DNA from: a virus
Reading direction: 5' to 3' (one strand)
IMG/VR virus record: IMGVR_UViG_3300007276_000035
Coordinates: 1 to 64,000 of that record
DNA length: 64,000 nucleotides
This document shows positions 57,583-64,000 of this stretch, one piece after another; position 1 is the first letter of the stretch; every line of letters starts with the position of its first letter. The position numbers were made by a program, and so were the translations under genes. The notes under the pieces were generated by a model. The model did no database searches. It saw only the letters and a program-made list of their open reading frames with translations, and was not told the DNA's origin.

Positions 57583-57644
57583 ACTAATATTTACTAAAAA
57601 ATACAAAAATCTATTCTAAACGGTGGATTTTAAGTCAAAACAGC

Positions 57645-57673
57645 TTGACCGACCAATTAAAGTGTAGTATAAT
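57645..57673 (+). promoter_or_regulatory. sigma70-like promoter
   Basis: TTGACC-17-TATAAT. Confidence 0.75.
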
Positions 57674-57697
57674 GTATATAACATAAAGGAATTAATC

Positions 57698-58003
57698 ATG
57701 CTAATCGATAAACCAATTGCAAAGAACGATGTAGTAACAATCAAACTATTAAGTGGCGAAGAACTTATTGCGACTTATGTTAACGAAGAAAATGGTAAGT
57801 ATAATGTAGACAAGCCAGTGCAACTAGTTAGTGTCCCAGGAGACAATGGCCAAATGGGAGTGCAGTTCCATCCTTACTTGGTTACTAGTGCAAGCACTTC
57901 GTTTGGCATAAACACTGCATTAGTTGTTACACTATGTCCTAGCTCTGATCAAGTAGCTAAAATGTATTTAGAACAAACTACTAGTATACAACTCGCAACA
58001 TAA
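57698..58003 (+). CDS. Sm/LSm-like fold protein
   Basis: DVVTIKLLSGEELIAT...KP...PY; similar to the protein at 32417. Confidence 0.55.
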   Translation: MLIDKPIAKNDVVTIKLLSGEELIATYVNEENGKYNVDKPVQLVSVPGDNGQMGVQFHPYLVTSASTSFGINTALVVTLCPSSDQVAKMYLEQTTSIQLAT

Positions 58004-58013
58004 GGAAGAAAAA

Positions 58014-58487
58014 ATGATCTATGAATATAATTGTATAATTGATCACGTAGTCGACGGTGACACCATAGACGTACACATTGACTTAGGGTTTGATAACTGG
58101 GTCAAGCACCAGCGTATTAGACTACATGACATAGACACTCCAGAAACACGCACTAGTGATAAAATAGAAGAACACTTCGGTGAGCTTGCTGAACAGTTTG
58201 TTAAGAAAATGCTGCCAGAAGGTAGCATACAAAGATTAAAAAGCAAAGCATATAACCCAAAAGGATCATACGGACGTATACTTGCAGATTTTGAATTTTA
58301 TGACGCCCCTAACGATCGCTGGACTAGTCTTTGCCAAACACTAGTGGACGTAGGATATGCTGCTAAGTATAGAACTGGCCAGGATCAAATATTAATGGAA
58401 CAAGAACATCTAAATAATAGAAGAAAGTTGATAGACGCAGGCATTTCGACAATGACCTACGAAGAAGCAGGAGTCGAGGAGGCTTAA
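58014..58487 (+). CDS. thermonuclease (SNase)-like nuclease
   Basis: VVDGDT, IRLHDIDTPE, YGRILA. Confidence 0.85.
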   Translation: MIYEYNCIIDHVVDGDTIDVHIDLGFDNWVKHQRIRLHDIDTPETRTSDKIEEHFGELAEQFVKKMLPEGSIQRLKSKAYNPKGSYGRILADFEFYDAPNDRWTSLCQTLVDVGYAAKYRTGQDQILMEQEHLNNRRKLIDAGISTMTYEEAGVEEA

Positions 58488-58984
58488 TGTATATTTCAAC
58501 AAAATCATATGGACCCAGTGAAGGCTTTGCTGTATGCTACAGACAGTGGCGAGCAGATCGCAAAAGTGGGAAAGGCAAGGATGAGCTATATAGTATCAAT
58601 GAAGTGCCAGGATGTAGTGCATTGCATGGTTACGCATTAGGGTTTCACTTCGAGTTCTCTTGTGAAACACTTGATGCTCGTAATTGGGTTGTGGACTTTG
58701 GTAGTCTACGATCGTTTAAAGAGTTCCTTAAAGAAAACTTCGATCATACTATGCTAGTAGCACAAGACGACCCCGAGTTTGAAACATTTGAAATGTTGCA
58801 CAATAAAGCATTAGCTAAGATGGTTGTGGTGGAAGCCACTGGGTGTGAAGCATTAGCTAAGTTCTTGTGTGATTATCTAAACAATATTTGGTTACCAGAT
58901 AACTATCCAAATGGCGGAATAGTTTGCACTAAGTTTGAGGTTAGAGAAACACCAAGCAATAGTGCTATGTATGTACCCTCATAA
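58487..58984 (+). CDS. queD: 6-pyruvoyl/6-carboxy-tetrahydropterin synthase
   Basis: CSALHGY, WVVDFG, FDHT, GCE, VRET. Confidence 0.8.
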   Translation: MYISTKSYGPSEGFAVCYRQWRADRKSGKGKDELYSINEVPGCSALHGYALGFHFEFSCETLDARNWVVDFGSLRSFKEFLKENFDHTMLVAQDDPEFETFEMLHNKALAKMVVVEATGCEALAKFLCDYLNNIWLPDNYPNGGIVCTKFEVRETPSNSAMYVPS

Positions 58985-59042
58985 TCAGTAGAGTTTACAT
59001 AAATGTTGTTATATCAGAGCGATATTTATGGTAAATACATAC

Positions 59043-60244
59043 ATGTTCTTTGGTATACTCACATTAATAACCGCGTTAAGCATAGCAGGCGTTGCTGCCT
59101 GGTTTAGTATTGCAGGCCTTATGGCTATTTTCAGTGCAAGTGCAATTGCCATAGCCATCATGGCAGGAGTACTTGAAGTAGGCAAACTAGTTACAGCTAG
59201 TTGGCTTTATAGGCACTGGCAAGAAACTAGATTCATGATGAAGGTGTACATGACTAGTGCAGTTGTGGTTTTAATGCTTATTACTAGCATGGGTATATTT
59301 GGATTCTTATCAAAAGCGCACCTAGACCAAGCAGCAGAAGGCGGCAACAATAATTTACTAATTAAACGAATAGAACAGCAAATGGTGCGAGAACAACGTG
59401 CAATTACTGATGCAGATATTGTAATCGGCAGTTAGATCAAGCAGTACAAACATTAATGGATTATGATCGGATTCGAGGTAAAGATGGGGCAATTGCTGTT
59501 AGGAAAAGCCAAGCAGAAGAAAGAGCAGATCTAAAAGAAATTATAACAAGAGCATCAGGTAATATCGCTACACTCCAAGATGATTTGCTTCCATTAAAAG
59601 AAAAAGAATTACAAGTAGAATTAAAAGTTGGGCCACTAAAATATGTCGCTGAACTTGTTTACGGGGAAAGTTCAGAGGAATTATTAGATAAAGCAGTTCG
59701 ATTGTTTATACTATTATTAATATTTGTTTTTGATCCATTGGCTATAATGATGATTATAGCAGCTAACCAAACACTACTTCATCACGGGGTATCATTAGAA
59801 AAAAGATATACGTCATCCGATGAAGAAGATGAACCTCCAAAAAAAAAGAGTAGCGAGCCAGTAAATGAGAAACAGAATGAGAAACGCGCAGACAAACCGT
59901 CAGCGACAACAACGGTCCTGGATGAATCTTCAAAGCGAGAGCGAGAAAGACTTGAGCAATACATCAATAGACTCGAGTCTGATAAAGCCGATTTGGAGTC
60001 CGAAAAAGAATACCTCAAAAACAGACCAAAAGAAATAGAATACATAGTTAAAGAAAAGCCCATTTCGCGTGTTGTTACAATCGAAGACACCGAAAGGGTA
60101 GATGCTCTAACTAAACAAGTAGAGGAACTAACCAAACAGCTTGCTCAGCAGCCTAAGCCTACACAAAAACAAAAGGAAGCTGATCTAAAAAACAAAATGG
60201 GCTTTTGGGCTGTGCCATTACCGGGCAAGGATAAAGATATATAA
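59043..60244 (+). pseudogene. membrane coiled-coil protein split by a 1-nt frameshift near 59428
   Basis: ORF 59028-59435 continues in the -1 frame as QLDQAVQTLMDY... into ORF 59456-60244. Confidence 0.6.
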
Positions 60245-61515
60245 TGTCTACTGAAGAATTAACATGCAGTTTTTGTAGTAAGCCTCGCTCAGACGTAGAC
60301 AAGCTAATTGCTGGTCCTGCTGTCTATATTTGCAATGAATGTATTACAATTAGTTACAATATTGTTCAAGAAACCGAGATAGAAGAAGAGGTTGAACAGG
60401 AACCGCAAGAAGAAGCCATCTTAACGCCTTTAGAAATTAAGAAGTACTTAGACGAATACATAGTCGGGCACAATGATGCAAAACAGATGCTAGCAGTTAG
60501 TGCGTATAATCATTACAAGCGCGTAGATAACGACAATGACATATTTCTAGAAAAGAGTAATATTATGCTACTTGGTCCTACTGGGTCTGGTAAGACTCTA
60601 TTCGCAAAAACACTAGCAAATAAGCTAAGTGTGCCGTTTGCTATAGCGGACGCAACTACATTAACTGAATCAGGGTACATCGGAGAAGACGTAGAAAGTA
60701 TTATCGAGCGACTACTTTCGGTTGCTAACTACGATGTAGAAAAAGCTCAGCGCGGAATAATATATATAGACGAAATTGATAAAAAAGCTAGGTCAGAATC
60801 AAGCTCAAATGCTCGCGATGTGTCAGGCGAAGGTGTGCAACAGGCATTGCTACGCATGATAGAAGGTACTACATTAAAAGTAAAAGTAGACACATTTAAG
60901 ATTGAAAACCAATACATAGACTTTGATACGTCGAATGTTTTGTTTATATTGGGTGGCGCATTTGTGGGAATAGAAAAATTAATAAACAAACGGCATAAGT
61001 CAAAAACAAATATTGGATTTAATGCTAACATAAAAAATAAAGCAGAACGTGAAAACACACTTAGCGATGTTACAACTGATGATTTAATCAAGTTTGGAAT
61101 AATTCCTGAATTAATGGGCAGAGTACCTATCATTGGTGTACTTGATCGCTTAACTGAAAAAGAATTACGATTGATTTTAACGCATGTTAAAAATAACCTA
61201 ATAGACCAAGAAAAGCATCTATTACAATTAGACGGAATAATACTTGAGTTTAGCGAAAGCTATTATAATACAGTTGCACGCCTAAGTGCTAAAGCAGGCA
61301 TGGGAGCAAGGACGTTAAAGACTATCGTAGATAACAGTCTTATTAGTATTATGTATAGAGCCCCAGAACTTCAAGAAGCCGGGGTAGTAAAAATATCCTT
61401 CGATAAATATCCAGTAAGCAAAGACATAAAGCCTACGCTGCATTACGATAAAGGTAGACCAGTAGTAGACAAACAGTACACAATATACAGAGGAAAGTAT
61501 GAAGAACAATTATAA
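60244..61515 (+). CDS. clpX: ClpX ATP-dependent protease ATPase subunit
   Basis: CSFC/CNEC zinc finger, GPTGSGKT, GYIGEDVE, YIDEIDK, RDVSGEGVQQALL, GAR. Confidence 0.95.
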   Translation: MSTEELTCSFCSKPRSDVDKLIAGPAVYICNECITISYNIVQETEIEEEVEQEPQEEAILTPLEIKKYLDEYIVGHNDAKQMLAVSAYNHYKRVDNDNDIFLEKSNIMLLGPTGSGKTLFAKTLANKLSVPFAIADATTLTESGYIGEDVESIIERLLSVANYDVEKAQRGIIYIDEIDKKARSESSSNARDVSGEGVQQALLRMIEGTTLKVKVDTFKIENQYIDFDTSNVLFILGGAFVGIEKLINKRHKSKTNIGFNANIKNKAERENTLSDVTTDDLIKFGIIPELMGRVPIIGVLDRLTEKELRLILTHVKNNLIDQEKHLLQLDGIILEFSESYYNTVARLSAKAGMGARTLKTIVDNSLISIMYRAPELQEAGVVKISFDKYPVSKDIKPTLHYDKGRPVVDKQYTIYRGKYEEQL

Positions 61516-61855
61516 GTCAAATAACAATCAACCTATCATAACAGGCGCAAGTGTGTTTGTTAGGAACGATGATGTTAATGGGGCACTGCGTAGACTCAAG
61601 AAGATCTTAGAAGCTGATAACAGACAAAAAGATTTAGCAAGACACGAGTTTTTCGAAAAAGACAGCTCAAGAAAGAAACGGGCACGTGACCAAGCCAAGA
61701 AAAGAACTAAGCGTGATAATCAAGCGGGCATAGAAGCAGGCACAGCTAATCGTCCTACTGGTCTAAAATGGATGAAGTCAAAGCGTAAGCGTAGAAAAAT
61801 AATCGATGCCGATTATGCGTTTAATGTAGCAAGGCGCCGAAGCCAAACACGCTAA
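61499..61855 (+). CDS. rpsU: ribosomal protein bS21 homolog with extensions
   Basis: VFVRNDDVNGALRRLKK...RHEFFEKDSSRKKRAR. Confidence 0.8.
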   Translation: MKNNYKSNNNQPIITGASVFVRNDDVNGALRRLKKILEADNRQKDLARHEFFEKDSSRKKRARDQAKKRTKRDNQAGIEAGTANRPTGLKWMKSKRKRRKIIDADYAFNVARRRSQTR

Positions 61856-61857
61856 CT

Positions 61858-62589
61858 GTGAAAAAACTATTCGTTGCTGGTTGCAGTTTTAGTAATTACA
61901 CCGAAGTAGATAAAGTATACGGTGAGTTTGCTAGCGAAAAGATGGGTATAGAATATAGACATCTAGCTGGTGGCTGTGGCAGCAACGATCGTTCCATTCG
62001 ACTTATAATGAGTGCTATCTTAAACGGCAGCATGGACCCAGGCGATATTATAGTTTATCAACCAACAGAGTCAACCCGCACTGAATTTGCAAGCTGGTCC
62101 TTAACTGATACTCCAGATGGAAAACTGTACATGGACTCCATCTGGCCCTGGGTAAAACACGAGAAGAATGCATTATTAGAATACACGGAAACCAATACAG
62201 TGATAACTCGATGGAAAACAGACAGTCACAAGTGGCAACCAGGCAAAGACGCTGAGCTCCACAGAGCATACGAAATGTATGGCACTGTCTATAACCATGC
62301 ACTAGAAATAGAGCGTAACAAATTACTTATGCTTCGGGAATTTGTAAACTCACGTAATATAAATTTTACAGTATTATGGACTGGGTATGCGTTAGATTTG
62401 CTAGAAACATACAGCATATTACTCGATGATCAAGATATACAATTAACAGAAATTTGTCCAGAATTAGCACCGGAGCCACTGGAAGAATATCAATTACACG
62501 GGACAGACCTGGCTCATTTGTCTCTAGAAGGACATAAACTATTAGGCGATAGATTAGCTAGCGCCTTAAACACTACATTCGGAGAGTAA
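61858..62589 (+). CDS. SGNH-hydrolase-like protein
   Basis: VAGCSFS, GCGSN, HLSLEGH. Confidence 0.6.
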   Translation: MKKLFVAGCSFSNYTEVDKVYGEFASEKMGIEYRHLAGGCGSNDRSIRLIMSAILNGSMDPGDIIVYQPTESTRTEFASWSLTDTPDGKLYMDSIWPWVKHEKNALLEYTETNTVITRWKTDSHKWQPGKDAELHRAYEMYGTVYNHALEIERNKLLMLREFVNSRNINFTVLWTGYALDLLETYSILLDDQDIQLTEICPELAPEPLEEYQLHGTDLAHLSLEGHKLLGDRLASALNTTFGE

Positions 62590-62590
62590 A

Positions 62591-62974
62591 ATGGCATACA
62601 GTGATAAAGTTTTAGATCATTACGAAAACCCGCGCAACGTTGGTAAGTTTGATCCAAAAGAAGATAGCATAGGCACCGGAATGGTGGGCGCGCCAGCATG
62701 TGGTGACGTAATGAGACTACAAATTAAAGTTGGTAAAGATGGTTTAATCGAAGACGCTAAGTTTAAAACATACGGTTGCGGCAGTGCTATTGCATCAAGT
62801 TCGCTACTAACTGAATGGGTAAAAGGAATGACACTAGAACAAGCAAGTGAAGTGCGAAACACAGAAATTGCTCAAGAACTAGCATTACCGCCAGTTAAAA
62901 TACATTGCAGTGTATTAGCTGAGGATGCTATCAAAGCCGCCGTTCGCGACTATCGAGAAAAGCATGGATCTTAA
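62591..62974 (+). CDS. iscU: Fe-S cluster scaffold IscU
   Basis: YSDKVLDHYENPRNVG, GAPACGD, GCGSAIAS, LPPVKIHCS. Confidence 0.97.
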   Translation: MAYSDKVLDHYENPRNVGKFDPKEDSIGTGMVGAPACGDVMRLQIKVGKDGLIEDAKFKTYGCGSAIASSSLLTEWVKGMTLEQASEVRNTEIAQELALPPVKIHCSVLAEDAIKAAVRDYREKHGS

Positions 62975-63368
62975 AAAAGCATTATGGTACACAGCAGGAA
63001 TGCTGTGTCTAGTGTTAGCTTATATTGGATTTATACTACCAGGTATTCCTTTTAGCATTCCATTGGTAGGTGCAGCGTATTGCTTTGCTAAATCAAGTGA
63101 AAAAATGCACGACTGGTTATATAACCATCCTTGGTTTGGTGAGTTCTTAACAAACTTTACTGAAAAGAAAATATTTCCTACCAAAGCAAAGTACATGATG
63201 GTAGCAATGATGTCTACAACTGTAGTCATTATGTGGTTTACTACACATAACCTTGTTGCTGTATTTTGGGCAGCACTGTTTATGGCAAGTGGTGCATGGT
63301 GGACTTGGCGCTTGCCAGGTAGTGAGGAAGAATGGGAAAAGAGACAGAACAAATCTACTACGAAGTAG
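62964..63368 (+). CDS. YbaN/DUF454 family membrane protein
   Basis: IGFILPGIP...CFAKSS...WLYNHPWFG; start moved to 62964. Confidence 0.85.
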   Translation: MDLKKALWYTAGMLCLVLAYIGFILPGIPFSIPLVGAAYCFAKSSEKMHDWLYNHPWFGEFLTNFTEKKIFPTKAKYMMVAMMSTTVVIMWFTTHNLVAVFWAALFMASGAWWTWRLPGSEEEWEKRQNKSTTK

Positions 63369-63772
63369 ACCTTCCACAATTACCGGATGATATATTAGAC
63401 TCTGATCCGGAATCAATCCTTAAACGTACCTGTACCTTCGACCGTATCGAATACGGGTACGGTAGCTTTGAAGCAAACCCAGAGCTATACGAGTTCTTAC
63501 AGCCCTACTACAAAACGCCAATTATTGTACGCTATCAATTAGTGCTTAACGACTTACCTAAGCACACTGACTTTTGTGATCAAGACTACAAATGCAATTA
63601 CATTATTACACCAGGTGGTGACAATGTAATAACCACCTGGTACAAACAGGATCGCGTATTAGCTTATACTCAATTCGAATCACAGTTATGGTACAAGTTT
63701 AACGTGACACTTGAACACGATGTAATAAATGTAAAATCACCTCGCGTAAGTGTAACGGTGAAAGAAACATGA
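63332..63772 (+). CDS. 2OG-Fe(II) oxygenase-like protein
   Basis: LPKHTD, NYII, EHDV, PRVSV. Confidence 0.55.
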   Translation: MGKETEQIYYEVDLPQLPDDILDSDPESILKRTCTFDRIEYGYGSFEANPELYEFLQPYYKTPIIVRYQLVLNDLPKHTDFCDQDYKCNYIITPGGDNVITTWYKQDRVLAYTQFESQLWYKFNVTLEHDVINVKSPRVSVTVKET

Positions 63773-64000
63773 AGCGGTACTTAATAACAGCTTGGATGAT
63801 CTTGATTTGGTGTTTGTTGTTACCTATAACACCATTTATTAAACAAAGTAACTGTTGGTATTATAGTGTAAAGAAACGTATATCGCAGGGCGGATCTATT
63901 GAGGCAATAGCAAGTAAGTATTGGTCAGGATATCACTTTGCTTGGATAGATCAAGACGGGGTTTTCCATGATTATAATGTAAGATACCGCTTACCTGATC
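63769..64000 (+). CDS. hypothetical membrane-anchored protein (truncated by window end)
   Basis: ATGA overlap; open to the window edge. Confidence 0.5.
   Translation, partial: MKRYLITAWMILIWCLLLPITPFIKQSNCWYYSVKKRISQGGSIEAIASKYWSGYHFAWIDQDGVFHDYNVRYRLPD

Noticed and set aside
222-63416. Numerous antisense and alternate-frame ORFs in the track (e.g. 14700-15245, 5789-6274, 2912-3343)
   Set aside because: They shadow well-supported genes and lack RBS or motifs
1-64000. Stop-codon reassignment (code 15 or 4)
   Set aside because: Conserved genes are full length in code 11 and end properly at TGA (nrdA), TAG (PAAR) and TAA (nrdB); coding density is high

Overview
A gene-dense, AT-rich 64 kb segment of a large tailed-phage (jumbo Caudoviricetes) genome read in standard genetic code 11. 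The gene set (mini-DnaE, primase and helicase, many acidic 'E-motif' head-type proteins, an Mtd_N-like tail protein) resembles RaK2/GAP32-type jumbo phages, and the host is probably a proteobacterium; both points are inference. It contains virion structural genes, a replication cluster, class Ia nrdAB with glutaredoxin, PAAR, two Sm-like proteins, glycan-modifying enzymes, and host-like genes (clpX, iscU, rpsU/bS21, def, queD, uvsE, a GH6 glycosidase, an HD alarmone hydrolase). Two promoter classes are visible: sigma70-like TTGAC-N16-18-TAtaaT (early) and a T4-late-like GATAAATA motif. The most notable unexplained signals are: (1) an intergenic, pseudoknot-capable RNA after the Sm-like/PAAR genes with two arms antisense to adjacent segments of 23S rRNA H69-H71; (2) a second compact multi-stem RNA with its own late promoter beside the other Sm-like gene; (3) a repeated IHF-site promoter module whose 22-bp core is exactly inverted between copies; (4) a shared N-terminal motif and internal xxE sites on about 16 late proteins, suggesting capsid-loaded, protease-processed cargo; (5) many leaderless transcripts and RBS-occluding hairpins. 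No tRNA, rRNA, CRISPR array or integrase was recognised. All calls come from motif recognition by eye; no database searches were run.
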